Of a DNA stretch of 64,000 bases, positions 1 through 10,430 are shown in pieces. The stretch lies in the NCBI RefSeq assembly GCF_946222285.1, contig NZ_CAMIIP010000003.1; one strand, given 5' to 3'. The position numbers and the translations under genes were made by a program. How positions within the stretch are numbered: position 1 is the first letter of the stretch; each line of letters opens with the position of its first letter. The notes under the pieces were generated by a model that was given only the letters and a program-made list of their open reading frames with translations, searched no databases and had not been told where the DNA came from. Origin of the DNA: an uncultured Rothia sp. (GTDB lineage Bacteria > Actinomycetota > Actinomycetes > Actinomycetales > Micrococcaceae).

Positions 1-267
1 CTCGCTGCCATCTGTGCTTTGAATGCCTTAGCTGCCGTCAAGCAGGTTATCGGCGATCTTGATCGAGTGCAGAAGATTGTTAAAGTTGTCGGTTTTGTGT
101 CTTCGCAAACAACTTTCTTTGGGCAACCCGCTGTTATCAACGGGGCATCTGAGCTGTTGGGAGAAATTTTTGGTAAAGCGGGCGTTCACGCTCGTTCCGC
201 CGTTGGCGTTTCCGTGCTACCTATGGACTCTCCGGTAGAGGTAGAGATTATCGTTGAATACCGTTAA
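1..267 (+). CDS. RidA/YjgF family protein (5' end outside the window)
   Basis: VKVVGFV..QPAVINGASELL..HARSAVGVSVLP..PVEVE motifs. Confidence 0.9.
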   Translation, partial: LAAICALNALAAVKQVIGDLDRVQKIVKVVGFVSSQTTFFGQPAVINGASELLGEIFGKAGVHARSAVGVSVLPMDSPVEVEIIVEYR

Positions 268-1246
268 TCCCCCTCTCTACACGGGCGCGCTCAAAACGGT
301 GCGGGCCAAGGGAACGTTAGCTTCTAACGCTTCCGCTCCCGCCTGCGAACGCTTCTTCAAGATTCCTCAGGAGTTCGCTCCAGCTGTCAAAACATGGATA
401 GAGGAGGGCGCTTCGAATGCTTGTCAGGCAAAAATTGCTTCATCGGTTGTTTTTGTTCGTGACGGAAGCGAAGGTTTGGAGACGATGCTTACCTACCGTC
501 CCGGTTTCTCTCCGATGGGAACGGTTGCCTTCCCCGGCGGTCTCTGTACCGTGGCGGATGAAGAACAGGTTCCTTGGAACGGCCCGAGCAACGAAGTTTG
601 GGCTGACGTATTTCAGCATGAAAATGTAGCGACCGCCCACGCCGCAGTAGTAGGCGCTATTCGAGAAGCTTTTGAGGAAGTTGGCATTTTGCTAGCTGGT
701 TCCGACGAACTCAGTACCGTTGAAGTTAGCGCAGAGGGATGCGATTTGATGGCTCTGCGCGAATCTATTGCCAGCGGCGATAAGAATTTTGGCGACTACC
801 TCATTAAGCGGGGACTGAAGTTGAGAACCGATCTTTTACGCCCCATCGTCCGCTGGAAATCCCCGGATTTCCGCCACAAACGCTACGATACACACTACTT
901 TGCCTGCGTAGCGCCTGTGGGGCAAACGCCTAAGCTCCTGAGCTCCAAGGGAGTCTGGGGCGACTGGGTTAATGTGCGCGAGTTGTTGGAGAACAAAAGT
1001 ACCTCTTATCTGGGGGATCTCATCGATCAGCCAGAAACCCGCGGTCGTAGTCTGGAAGAGCTGATTACTCCCGGCTCACTGTGCGTTTTAGAGGACCTTG
1101 CTAGCGTGTCTACCTCAGTAGCTTATCTAGCCAAAAAACGAACGGTGAGTGTGAAGAAAGCCGATGTCGTTTTCAAAGACGGCGAATATATGCTTCGCTT
1201 CACAGCACCATCTAAAGCCGGTGTTCGCCAAAAATGTAAACTCTAA
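254..1246 (+). CDS. NUDIX hydrolase
   Basis: FPGG and AIREAFEEVG Nudix box; RidA-NUDIX-crp order is typical of actinobacteria. Confidence 0.85.
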   Translation: MNTVNPPLYTGALKTVRAKGTLASNASAPACERFFKIPQEFAPAVKTWIEEGASNACQAKIASSVVFVRDGSEGLETMLTYRPGFSPMGTVAFPGGLCTVADEEQVPWNGPSNEVWADVFQHENVATAHAAVVGAIREAFEEVGILLAGSDELSTVEVSAEGCDLMALRESIASGDKNFGDYLIKRGLKLRTDLLRPIVRWKSPDFRHKRYDTHYFACVAPVGQTPKLLSSKGVWGDWVNVRELLENKSTSYLGDLIDQPETRGRSLEELITPGSLCVLEDLASVSTSVAYLAKKRTVSVKKADVVFKDGEYMLRFTAPSKAGVRQKCKL

Positions 1247-1264
1247 GTCTTCATAGAGATCATC

Positions 1265-1302
1265 AAAGAATCCCCCTAGCGAAGTAGCTAGGGGGATTCT
1301 TT
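1265..1302. terminator. Bidirectional intrinsic terminator
   Basis: AAAGAATCCCCCTAGC-gaagta-GCTAGGGGGATTCTTT between convergent genes. Confidence 0.85.
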
Positions 1303-1322
1303 TCTACGTTATGTAGGAGAGC

Positions 1323-2000
1323 TTAGCGGGAGCGGTTACGCAAACGCTGAAGATCGAGAATAACGACCGCGCGAGCCTCGAGACGGATCCAGCCGCGGGA
1401 AACGAACTCGGCAAGAGCCTTGTTTACAGTTTCACGGGAAGCGCCAACGAGTTGAGCGAGCTCTTCCTGGGTTAGTTCGTGAGCTACTAGGATGCCATCG
1501 GTGGCGGGGCGACCAAAGCGATCAGCCAAATCAAGAAGAGCCTTAGCTACACGACCGGGAACATCTGAGAAGACGAGGTCTGCAAGGTTCTCATTGGTGC
1601 GGCGCAGACGACGAGCCAGTGCCTGTAACACCTGAGCAGAAATCTGAGGAGATTTTTCCATAGCTTTACGCAGAGAATCGTGCTTGACGCCGGCGAGTCG
1701 GGTTTCTGAAACAGCGGTTGCGCTGGTGGAACGAGGCGAAGGATCAAACAGCGCCATTTCACCAAAAATTTCGCCCGGACCCATAATTGCTACCAGATTT
1801 TCGCGACCATCTGATGCGGTGCGACCTAGCTTAATTTTGCCAGAAACAATGAAGTAAAGCTGATCACCGGGGTCACCCTCATAAAAGAGGTTAGCGCCAC
1901 GGGAAAGGTCTACCTCAGTAATGTCTTCGGTTAGGGCTGCAAATGCTTGGTCGTCGAGCGATGCAAAGAGCGGTGCACGACGCAATACTTCAAGATCCAT
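1323..2000 (-). CDS. crp: Crp/GlxR cAMP receptor transcriptional regulator
   Basis: cNMP-binding FGEMALFDPSPRS; HTH LTQEELAQLVGASRETVNKAL. Confidence 0.95.
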   Translation of the reverse strand: MDLEVLRRAPLFASLDDQAFAALTEDITEVDLSRGANLFYEGDPGDQLYFIVSGKIKLGRTASDGRENLVAIMGPGEIFGEMALFDPSPRSTSATAVSETRLAGVKHDSLRKAMEKSPQISAQVLQALARRLRRTNENLADLVFSDVPGRVAKALLDLADRFGRPATDGILVAHELTQEELAQLVGASRETVNKALAEFVSRGWIRLEARAVVILDLQRLRNRSR

Positions 2001-2299
2001 GTCTCTCCTTTAAAAATAGTATGGTGACTGCCTCACCTATAAAGCGTAAAGAACCGAGTATAAACCCGGTAAACAATTCACGCCAAAAAAGGTGTGACAT
2101 ATTCAACTAGTAATGAGACTACCTCAATTTTTTTGTTCTATTACACTCTATCCACCTCATAATAGGTAGCATTTGTCCACTAGAAGGCGGTATGGCGGTG
2201 TTTTCGCCAATTTTCACAGGAAAACCTACTAAAATTCATGTTCTCGTATAAGTCATTATTGCAATGACCGTTTGCTTTTTCATGAAGGAGAAATCGCTG

Positions 2300-3490
2300 A
2301 TGGGCTTTACGCTGCTCGATCTTATTCTCTTGCTGATTTTGGTGATTTACTTCTTCAACGGTCTGCGCCGTGGCTTCTTCGTTTCCCTGGGTACCCTTGC
2401 CGGATTCGCCCTGGGCGTTGCGGCTGCGTTTTACATTACTCCTTGGGTTATTACACAGTCTGATCCCGGTTGGTACGTGATTGCAGCTGTCATGTCAGTA
2501 CTGCTGTGCGTCATTGTTGGGCAGTGGATTGGATTCTTGGTAGGACGAGCAATCCGCAGATTCTCGGATAATTCTTCTTTGCGTGGAGTTGAGCGAGCCG
2601 CCGGAGCTTTATTGAACCTCGTCGTTGCCGCTTTAGGTATCGTTGTTCTTGCCCTGGTAGTGAAGCCCTTGGGTATTCCTCCTATCGATACTGCCGTGAA
2701 TCAGTCTCGGGTGGTGAGTACCTTGTTGGCTATAACTCCTAACTTTGTGGAAGAGAGAATTAACGCCACTCGGGCACAGGTCGTGGATTCGGGAGTAATC
2801 CCCGAAGTTCAGGATTTGCTCTTTCCTTCGCAAGACCCCCCTGCCGAAACTATTTCAAATCAGGCTTTGGAGACTGCCAGTGTATCCGTCGTCCAAATTT
2901 GGGGAGCAGCGGAGGCCTGTAGTTATAGCTCGGAGGGATCCGGTTTTGTGGCTGATTCTCATCTGGTAGTCACTAACGCGCATGTGGTTTCCGGGGTGGC
3001 CCAGCCTGTTATCAAAGCGAATAACGGTAAAACTTACACTGCCGATGTGGTGTATTTCAACGAAGATGAAGATATCGCTCTCTTGCGCGCAGATAACCTT
3101 GATCTTGCACCGCTAACTATTGGAGCCAACGTTGATTCGGGAACGATGGTTTCTTTTATGGGTTTTCCCAAGGGCGGGCCTTTTAAGAACCGTACCGGTA
3201 TGGTGCAGGGGTTGGGATATACCCAGACTGTTGATGCAGCTACCGGTGAAAACAATCCTGTTCGTCTGGTTTACCAGATGGCAGCCCATGTGGAACAGGG
3301 TAACTCTGGGGGACCGGTACTGGATAAAAACGGCAAAGTGGTGGGAGTAATTTTTGCCAAAGCAGCCGAAGGCGAGACTGGCTACGCTATTCCTGTTTCG
3401 GTACTTTCTGACGTACTTGCCACCAATTCGAAGAATACTCAGACGGTAGATAGCGGACAATGCGAAATGCAGACCTCTGTAAGTCGCTAG
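2300..3490 (+). CDS. marP: MarP family membrane serine protease (CvpA TM domain plus trypsin domain)
   Basis: N-terminal TM helices, TNAHVV, DIALL, GNSGGP; GAAGGAG RBS favours ATG 2300. Confidence 0.88.
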   Translation: MGFTLLDLILLLILVIYFFNGLRRGFFVSLGTLAGFALGVAAAFYITPWVITQSDPGWYVIAAVMSVLLCVIVGQWIGFLVGRAIRRFSDNSSLRGVERAAGALLNLVVAALGIVVLALVVKPLGIPPIDTAVNQSRVVSTLLAITPNFVEERINATRAQVVDSGVIPEVQDLLFPSQDPPAETISNQALETASVSVVQIWGAAEACSYSSEGSGFVADSHLVVTNAHVVSGVAQPVIKANNGKTYTADVVYFNEDEDIALLRADNLDLAPLTIGANVDSGTMVSFMGFPKGGPFKNRTGMVQGLGYTQTVDAATGENNPVRLVYQMAAHVEQGNSGGPVLDKNGKVVGVIFAKAAEGETGYAIPVSVLSDVLATNSKNTQTVDSGQCEMQTSVSR

Positions 3491-3497
3491 CTTGGAC

Positions 3498-3950
3498 CTA
3501 TGATTCTTTTGTCTGACTGAGCATGTTTGCGAGGAAATCAACCGCCATGCTGTAGCCGAAAGCTCCAGCTCCGGCGATAACGGCAGTTGCCTGCAGCGAA
3601 ACATAGGAGCGGTGGCGAAACTCTTCGCGGCGGTGCACATTGGAGAGATGAACTTCTACAAGAGGTAGCTGGGCGGCTTCGAGCGCATCGTGGATAGCCA
3701 CCGAGGTGTGCGTGAAAGCTGCGGGATTAATGATGATGGCTGCGGCTTCACTATGGGCACGCTGAATCTCGTCGATGAGAACGCCCTCGTGATTGGACTG
3801 CATAAATTCAATATTCAGTTCGTGGGTCTCTGCCCGCTCTTTGACCTGCCGTTCAATATCGGCAAGCGTGGTGGTGCCGTAGACCTCGGGCTTGCGAATG
3901 CCGAGCATGTTTAGATTAGGACCGTTGAGCACGAAGATGGTTTGGGGCAT
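3498..3950 (-). CDS. aroQ: Type II 3-dehydroquinate dehydratase
   Basis: [37 protein letters not shown] -10 lies 6 nt before the ATG (leaderless). Confidence 0.95.
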   Translation of the reverse strand: MPQTIFVLNGPNLNMLGIRKPEVYGTTTLADIERQVKERAETHELNIEFMQSNHEGVLIDEIQRAHSEAAAIIINPAAFTHTSVAIHDALEAAQLPLVEVHLSNVHRREEFRHRSYVSLQATAVIAGAGAFGYSMAVDFLANMLSQTKES

Positions 3951-4019
3951 GGCTTCAGTCTAACTCGTGGAACGTGCAAGTAACGGGGCAAAGCGGATAG
4001 TGGGTGCAACTCGCGGGTT

Positions 4020-4104
4020 TTAAACACTGGTGGACGCCACCCTCAGCTGGTACAAAACTAAAAAATTCTGGCCAAACTGAACTGTGGTGTCCACCGGTGT
4101 TTAA
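4020..4104. repeat. Long imperfect inverted repeat (21-bp arms, bounded by TTAA)
   Basis: TTAAACACTGGTGGACGCCAC ... GTGGTGTCCACCGGTGTTTAA. Confidence 0.8.
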
Positions 4105-4167
4105 TGTCTGAGCTGGAGCGGCTGTCGATGCTTTGAATTCGCTGAACCAGCCCTGCTCAAACTGAGG

Positions 4168-6102
4168 TTACTTCTTATAGGTCTCCACAATCGCTTCCAT
4201 CACAGTGGAGTCAGCCAGCGTTGAAACGTCGCCTACCTGGCGGTCTTCTGCCACGTCTTTGAGTAAGCGGCGCATAATCTTACCGGAGCGGGTTTTAGGA
4301 AGCTCAGGTACGATGACGACGCGCTTGGGCTTGGCGATGGGGGAAATTTCGGTGCCCACGTGAGCGCGAATTTCTTGTGCCAGTTCGTCAGCATCGGCGT
4401 CTTGCTTCTGTGCCTCATCAGAGAGAATTACGAACGCCATAACCGCCTGACCGGTCGTTTCGTCACTTGCGCCCACCACAGCGGCTTCTGCCACTGAGGG
4501 GTGGGAGACCAGAGCGGATTCGATTTCTGGAGTGGAGAGGCGGTGACCGGAAACGTTCATCACGTCGTCCACGCGGCCCAGTACCCAGAGATCGCCATCG
4601 GCATCGCGCTTGGCTCCGTCGCCGGCAAAGTAGCGATCTCCAAAACGTGCCCAATAGGTATCGACGAAACGATCGTCGTCGCCCCAGATGGTGCCGAGCA
4701 TGGAGGGCCAGGGTTCGGTGATAGCGAGTAGACCTGCCTGTCCGTTGGATAGCGGGTCGCCCAAATCATCCACCACATCGATAGTGACGCCGGGGATGGG
4801 TTGCTGAGCAGAGCCGGGTTTTGCCACGGTAACGCCGGGAAGCTGAGAAACCATAATGGCACCGGTCTCTGTCTGCCACCAAGTGTCAACGATGGGGCAC
4901 CTGCCACCGCCGATGACGCGGTGGAACCAGACCCAGGCTTCGGGGTTAATAGCCTCGCCCACGGTGCCAAGCAATCGTAGTGATGAAAGATCGTATTCGG
5001 CAGGGATATCTTCGCCCCACTTCATCATGGTGCGGATGGCGGTGGGGGAGGTGTACATGATGCTCACCCCGTATTTCTGCACAATCTCCCAGAAGCGACC
5101 GCGGTGGGGCGAATCGGGGGTGCCTTCGTAAATCACCTGAGTAGAGCCGTTCACCAAGGGGGCGTAAGCAACGTAGGAGTGACCGGTCACCCATCCGACG
5201 TCTGCGGTGCACCAGTATACATCGGTTTCAGGCTTGAGATCGAAGATATTTTTGTGGGTGAAAGCGCCCTGAGTGAGGTAGCCGCCGGTGGTGTGCAAAA
5301 TGCCCTTGGGCTTGCCAGTGGTGCCGGAGGTGTACAGGATGAACAGCGGATCTTCGGCGTTCTGTACCGAGGGAGTGTGCTCGGTTGAGGCAGAATCGAC
5401 GACGTCGTTCCACCACAGGTCACGGCCTTCGACCCATTCAACGTCAGCTTCATTGCGCTTGACGACCACCACGTTGGTCACGGACTTGCCACCCTTTTCC
5501 AGAGCCTTATCTACTGCAGGCTTGAGCATGGAGGGCTTACCGCGGCGGTAGGAACCATCTGCGGTGACCACTAGCTTGGCTTCGCCGTCTTCAATACGGG
5601 AAAGGAGCGCATCTGCGGAGAATCCGCCGAATACGACCGAGTGAATAGCTCCGATGCGGGCACACGCCAGCATGGTAATCACGGCTTCAGGAATCATAGA
5701 GAGGTAAACCGCCACACGGTCGCCCTTGGTGACGCCGAGGGATTCAAAAGCGTTGGCGGCTTGAGAAACTTCGTCTTTGAGCTGGGCGTAAGTGTACTCG
5801 CGAGTATCTCCTGGCTCACCCTCGAACAGGATTGCTTTACGGTCGCCATTTCCTGCTTCTACATGGCGATCAACCGCGTTGTAGCAGGCATTGAGCTCAC
5901 CGTCTGCAAACCACTTGGCAAAGGGCGGATTAGACCAATCGAGAGTCTGCGTGAAATCTTTGCTCCACGTCAGCAATTCGCGCGCCTGGTTCGCCCAGAA
6001 CTCCACTCCCTGCTCTTTGGCCGTTTCGTAGAGCTCTGCGCTGGCATTAGCTTGGGCAGTAAATTCGGCCGGGGGCGCGTAGGTTTCTTGATTCTCTGAC
6101 AT
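4168..6102 (-). CDS. acs: Acetate--CoA ligase
   Basis: [31 protein letters not shown]. Confidence 0.97.
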   Translation of the reverse strand: MSENQETYAPPAEFTAQANASAELYETAKEQGVEFWANQARELLTWSKDFTQTLDWSNPPFAKWFADGELNACYNAVDRHVEAGNGDRKAILFEGEPGDTREYTYAQLKDEVSQAANAFESLGVTKGDRVAVYLSMIPEAVITMLACARIGAIHSVVFGGFSADALLSRIEDGEAKLVVTADGSYRRGKPSMLKPAVDKALEKGGKSVTNVVVVKRNEADVEWVEGRDLWWNDVVDSASTEHTPSVQNAEDPLFILYTSGTTGKPKGILHTTGGYLTQGAFTHKNIFDLKPETDVYWCTADVGWVTGHSYVAYAPLVNGSTQVIYEGTPDSPHRGRFWEIVQKYGVSIMYTSPTAIRTMMKWGEDIPAEYDLSSLRLLGTVGEAINPEAWVWFHRVIGGGRCPIVDTWWQTETGAIMVSQLPGVTVAKPGSAQQPIPGVTIDVVDDLGDPLSNGQAGLLAITEPWPSMLGTIWGDDDRFVDTYWARFGDRYFAGDGAKRDADGDLWVLGRVDDVMNVSGHRLSTPEIESALVSHPSVAEAAVVGASDETTGQAVMAFVILSDEAQKQDADADELAQEIRAHVGTEISPIAKPKRVVIVPELPKTRSGKIMRRLLKDVAEDRQVGDVSTLADSTVMEAIVETYKK

Positions 6103-6128
6103 GGTTCATCCTTTCGAAAGGGCGTAAA

Positions 6129-6144
6129 AGTGACGCGTATCATG
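6129..6144. promoter_or_regulatory. Possible CRP/GlxR site upstream of acs
   Basis: AGTGA-cgcgta-TCATG versus TGTGA-N6-TCACA (7/10 match). Confidence 0.35.
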
Positions 6145-6251
6145 CGAATTATCTGCTTCTTACAGTAGGGGATTTTGTTGCCTGTGTCATATTTTGTTCA
6201 TCATTAGCACATAAAAATTAGCTGAGAACCTCACCGTGTAGGCTTAAAACC

Positions 6252-7142
6252 GTGCCCACCTCAGCTAACACCTCACCCGATACTTCTGCCCTGAACGAGT
6301 CAGAACGCCGCCTTCTCGAAATCCGCCAGGTACCGCCCTTCGCAGCGGATGCTGCCGCGCGCCGTCGTCGCAAAAACCCTGAAACAGAGCTGGCGAAAAA
6401 ACGGCGAGCACGTAAAATCAATAGAATTTTGGCAGAAACCTTTCCCTACGCCGTACCCGAACTAGATTTTGAGAGCCCCTTTGAACTGCTCATCGCTACG
6501 GTGCTTTCGGCGCAGACAACTGATGTGCGAGTGAATTCGGTAACGCCCACTCTCTTTAAGGCATACCCAGATGCTTCAGCGCTGGCAGAAGCATCCCTAG
6601 AGACGGTCGAAGAAATGGTGCGACCGCTGGGGTTCTATCGTTCTAAAGCTTCTTCCATCGTGCGTCTTGCCCAGCAACTCGTGATCGATTTCGAGGGCGC
6701 TGTACCCGATACGCTAGAAGAACTGGTGAAGCTACCTGGCGTCGGGCGAAAAACAGCTTTTGTGGTACTGGGCAATGCCTTTGGACGCCCGGGTCTGACC
6801 GTAGATACCCACTTTGGCAGACTGGCGCGGCGCCTTGAGCTGACCGAGAACGATGACCCCGGCAAAGTGGAAAAAGATATTGAGACTCTGCTTGATCCCA
6901 AAGACTGGACAGACTTCTCCCAGCACTTGATCTATCTGGGCAGAAGAATCTGCCACGCCAAAAAGCCTGCCTGCGGAGCCTGCCCCATTGCCGATCTCTG
7001 CCCCAGCTTTGGCGCCGGCGAAACCGACGAAAACAAAGCCGCTGCCCTCCTCAAATACGAAATGGCACCGGGCAGGGAACGACTGCACCTGCGCTATCTG
7101 CAGGGTGCTTCGCGCCGCGAAGGGTGGAGTCTCAGTGCCTAA
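6252..7142 (+). CDS. nth: Endonuclease III
   Basis: LSAQTTD, HhH LPGVGRKTA, VDTH, C-x6-C-x2-C-x5-C Fe-S motif. Confidence 0.95.
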   Translation: MPTSANTSPDTSALNESERRLLEIRQVPPFAADAAARRRRKNPETELAKKRRARKINRILAETFPYAVPELDFESPFELLIATVLSAQTTDVRVNSVTPTLFKAYPDASALAEASLETVEEMVRPLGFYRSKASSIVRLAQQLVIDFEGAVPDTLEELVKLPGVGRKTAFVVLGNAFGRPGLTVDTHFGRLARRLELTENDDPGKVEKDIETLLDPKDWTDFSQHLIYLGRRICHAKKPACGACPIADLCPSFGAGETDENKAAALLKYEMAPGRERLHLRYLQGASRREGWSLSA

Positions 7143-7938
7143 AATATTCGCTGAACATCCTGCGCTCGCCCAACTGAGGGGACTGGCACAGGACGAGACT
7201 CTCTTCGATACTTACAACGAATCTCAAAACTGGCGGGTGGGAAAAATCGACGATGCCACAGTAGCCCAAGCCGCGGTTCTCATGCTCTTTGGGGTACTCG
7301 ATGATGTGCTCGCGCACACTGCGCCAGCTACGAGCACAGTAAGCCAAGATTTGGACGTACTTATTGTGGTGCGATCCGCTACCTTGAGAAAACACGCTGG
7401 CCAACCCGCCTTTCCCTGCGGAAAAATAGACCCCGAAGACAGAGAACGAGCCGAGGAAGAAAACCTACCCGTCTCCTACATCGCAGCCCTGCGCGAAGCT
7501 CACGAAGAAACTGGGCTAGACCCGGCAGGCGTAGAAATCCTCGGAGAATTTGAGGAAATTGACCTGCCCGTTAGTAACTTCCGTGTGCGACCGGTGCTGG
7601 GCTGGTGGAACACCCCTAGCCAGGTAGCGGCTCAAGACCTCAACGAATCCTCTCTGGTGTTGCGTGTTCCCGTAGCCGATCTACTCAATCCTTCCCATCG
7701 CTTCAGCGCCGAAGTCAGACGCGATAGACAGATTCACCGCTCACCAGCTTTCACCGTGCAGGGATCCACCGGTGAATTTGTGATTTGGGGATTTACCGGA
7801 ATCCTTTTGGATAGAGTATTCAACCGGTTGGGCTGGAGCAAACCCTGGAACACCCAGGACGTTCGCTCCGCACCGGGCACACACCTGATAAAACCTCCTC
7901 GCATTCCACCCTGTACGGTCCAGCAGAGCACTACTTAG
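7135..7938 (+). CDS. CoA pyrophosphatase (NUDIX)
   Basis: LRKHAGQPAFP, ALREAHEETG, IWGFTG; GTG 7135 overlaps the end of nth. Confidence 0.88.
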   Translation: MPKIFAEHPALAQLRGLAQDETLFDTYNESQNWRVGKIDDATVAQAAVLMLFGVLDDVLAHTAPATSTVSQDLDVLIVVRSATLRKHAGQPAFPCGKIDPEDRERAEEENLPVSYIAALREAHEETGLDPAGVEILGEFEEIDLPVSNFRVRPVLGWWNTPSQVAAQDLNESSLVLRVPVADLLNPSHRFSAEVRRDRQIHRSPAFTVQGSTGEFVIWGFTGILLDRVFNRLGWSKPWNTQDVRSAPGTHLIKPPRIPPCTVQQSTT

Positions 7939-9727
7939 CCTTAGAATAATTATCGGTAATCGCAACCGTTACCGGAAACTCCACCGGCACCTGCCCAAAA
8001 ATCAGCTCACCGGCAGACTGCGCCGCCTCGCGAATAATCTGCTCACAGATTTGCCCCTCACGCTGAGGACCATAAATCATGATTTCATCGTGCAGAAAAT
8101 AGACCAGACGCGACTGTAGAGGCTGCCCAAACAATTTCCTAGATCGCAGTTGCTGACGAATCTGCGCCATCCAGCACAGAGCCCACTCGGCAGCAGTTCC
8201 CTGCACCACGAAATTACGGGTGAAGCGCTCCCAGCTTCTGGAGGCGGTTCTTGCTGCACGCTCGTCTTGCTCCGTAGCCTGCTGAGCTTGCCGAGAAAAC
8301 CACTCCGGTGTAGGAGAAGGAGAGACCCTACCCAAATAGGTAACAACCTGACCGCCACGCTCGCCAATGCGTGCGGCTTGTTCAGTGAACTCAATCGCCT
8401 GAGGAAAAAGCTGTCGCAGATGAGGCATAAGCTTGCCCGATTCACCGGTTGTCGCACCATACATGGCGCCCAGCAGAGCGATTTTTGCCTTAGCTCGATC
8501 GTTAAGAGCGGAACCGGTACGATCACCAATTTCGGCGATACCCAGGTAAAGGTCAGTGCCTCGACCTGCCAACGCAAGATGCTGATCCCCGCTCATCGCC
8601 GCCAAAATGCGCGGCTCCACTTGGCTGGCATCGGCAACCACTAGCATCATACCATCTTCTGCGGCAACCGCCGTGCGCACGTCTCGCGGTATCTGCATAG
8701 CCCCGCCGCCGTTCGCGCCCCAGCGACCGGTCACTACTCCGCCTACTTCATAGGAGGGGTAAAAACGATTGTTATGAACCCATTCATCGAGCCAGTTCCA
8801 GCCGTTGGCAGTGTAGAGTCGCGCCAATTTTTTGTAGGCGAGCAGAGGCTCAATGAGGTTTTGCCGTTGCTCTGCTAGCTGAGAATTTTCCCCTGCCCAG
8901 CCTTTGAGCGCCCACTTGCTGGTGGAACTCACGCGGATTCCCGCCGTCTGCATCGCCTTGAGCAGTTCCTGCGGCGAATCCACGTTCAGACGCGGAGCGC
9001 TGAGCTTTTCACGGATTTCGCCCGCTAATTTTTCCATGGCAGAGGGGCGCTCGAACTGTGCCGGTCTGGGACCAAGAGTTTCCGTCAAAAGCTTTTCGTG
9101 AAGTGCCTTGTTCCGAGGCATACCAAAAAACTTCATCTCAGCGGCTATCATTCCGCCGGTGGATTCTGCGGCAAGAAGTCTCAACCGCCGCGGCGCCGGG
9201 GACGTGTCGATCGCCCGCAACTGGGCGGTGAGTTCGGCGGCAAGCTGCGATGACGTCGGAGCTTGTTTCTCTTCGTCCTTTCGGCGAGGATTTGAGCCCA
9301 GTAAATCATCGTCAAAGAGCGAATCTTGCCCCTGGATTTGTCGGGCCGGTGGGAACATACCCGCGGGTTGATCTGCACTCGTCATCAGCAGATCGAGGGT
9401 TGATTCATAGGCGATACTGCTCTGGGGACGGGTTGCGGCAACGGCAAGAATCCGCTGTACCAGACGTAAATCGTGGGCGCGTTCGGGAGAGACTCCCTGG
9501 GCTAAAAGGAGGGGCATGATGAGCCGCGAGTCGGCCCAAACCCAGCGGACATTTGCTCGTGGATGAGCGGTTTCTACTTGCTGAATCAGCTCGCCTAGCC
9601 GGTACTCAGGAACGGTTTTATGCGACCCAAAACCTGTTTCGGTAAGCGTTACCGCTTCCCACCACGGTGCGGAAACAGCCGAGTTTGCCGGGGGCGGATT
9701 CTCGGCTGCACCAAGCACTATGTACAT
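7931..9727 (-). CDS. Family A DNA polymerase, actinobacterial PolA-like paralog
   Basis: Motif A VADASQVEPRILA, motif B RAKAKIALLGAMYG, motif C FLHDE; no 5'-3' exonuclease domain. Confidence 0.88.
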   Translation of the reverse strand: MYIVLGAAENPPPANSAVSAPWWEAVTLTETGFGSHKTVPEYRLGELIQQVETAHPRANVRWVWADSRLIMPLLLAQGVSPERAHDLRLVQRILAVAATRPQSSIAYESTLDLLMTSADQPAGMFPPARQIQGQDSLFDDDLLGSNPRRKDEEKQAPTSSQLAAELTAQLRAIDTSPAPRRLRLLAAESTGGMIAAEMKFFGMPRNKALHEKLLTETLGPRPAQFERPSAMEKLAGEIREKLSAPRLNVDSPQELLKAMQTAGIRVSSTSKWALKGWAGENSQLAEQRQNLIEPLLAYKKLARLYTANGWNWLDEWVHNNRFYPSYEVGGVVTGRWGANGGGAMQIPRDVRTAVAAEDGMMLVVADASQVEPRILAAMSGDQHLALAGRGTDLYLGIAEIGDRTGSALNDRAKAKIALLGAMYGATTGESGKLMPHLRQLFPQAIEFTEQAARIGERGGQVVTYLGRVSPSPTPEWFSRQAQQATEQDERAARTASRSWERFTRNFVVQGTAAEWALCWMAQIRQQLRSRKLFGQPLQSRLVYFLHDEIMIYGPQREGQICEQIIREAAQSAGELIFGQVPVEFPVTVAITDNYSKAK

Positions 9728-9743
9728 CGCTATTTCTCAGGCT

Positions 9744-10172
9744 CTAGGGAGCAACCGAGTAATGGCTGTGAACCGCAATGCGATTCCAACTGTTCATAAC
9801 AATAACTACCCAGCTCACCGCTGAAATCTGTTCATCGGTGAGCGGCGAATAATCGGTACTCTCTGCATTGATCTTATTGACGTTTTCGGCAAGCTTGAGG
9901 GCAGCAATTTCTTCTGCGGAAAAGTACTGTGACTCCCACCAGGCAGCAAGAACAGCCAACCGATCGGTGCTTTCGCCCAGTTTCAGTGCCTCCTGGGTAT
10001 GCATGCGCAGACAGAAAGCGCAACCATTGAGCTGAGAAACACGAAGCTTGACGAGTTCTACTAGTTTCTTATCTAGACCCGCTGCCTCTGCCGCTTCATG
10101 GGCAGCGGTATCGAGTTCGTAGACCTTGTTGTACATCGCGGGGTGTAATTTCCCGAGATTGGGAGTTGCCAT
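9744..10172 (-). CDS. Carboxymuconolactone decarboxylase/AhpD family protein
   Basis: ELVKLRVSQLNGCAFCLRMH, MNSWNRI. Confidence 0.88.
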   Translation of the reverse strand: MATPNLGKLHPAMYNKVYELDTAAHEAAEAAGLDKKLVELVKLRVSQLNGCAFCLRMHTQEALKLGESTDRLAVLAAWWESQYFSAEEIAALKLAENVNKINAESTDYSPLTDEQISAVSWVVIVMNSWNRIAVHSHYSVAP

Positions 10173-10292
10173 AACTGTCCTGTCTACTTCTAGTCCATTG
10201 TTTGCTTGAATTTCAAAATTTAGTATAGACCTCCCGCCCATAAGCACACCGTGAAAAACAGTATTTCTTTGTCAACCTACACACGAGAAAAA

Positions 10293-10348
10293 TGTGGATA
10301 ACATCTTTCCCCCGGATTGTCGCGACTTTTTGGAGGGGCTTATCCACA
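10293..10348. promoter_or_regulatory. Pair of perfect DnaA boxes upstream of tadA
   Basis: TGTGGATAA at 10293-10301 and TTATCCACA at 10340-10348. Confidence 0.7.
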
Positions 10349-10430
10349 GATTTTGCAATCACCGTTTTCGCCAGAAATTTGAAGGTGAAATAGAGAAGAA
10401 GCCCACCCGCGTTCTGGCAGGAGAAGCCCT

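Noticed and set aside
2023..2108. CRP autoregulatory sites upstream of crp
   Set aside because: GGTGA-N5-TCACC has the wrong spacing and TGTGACATATTCAACT has a poor second half-site
10293..10348. Replication origin
   Set aside because: Only two DnaA boxes; no dnaA/dnaN and no evident unwinding element
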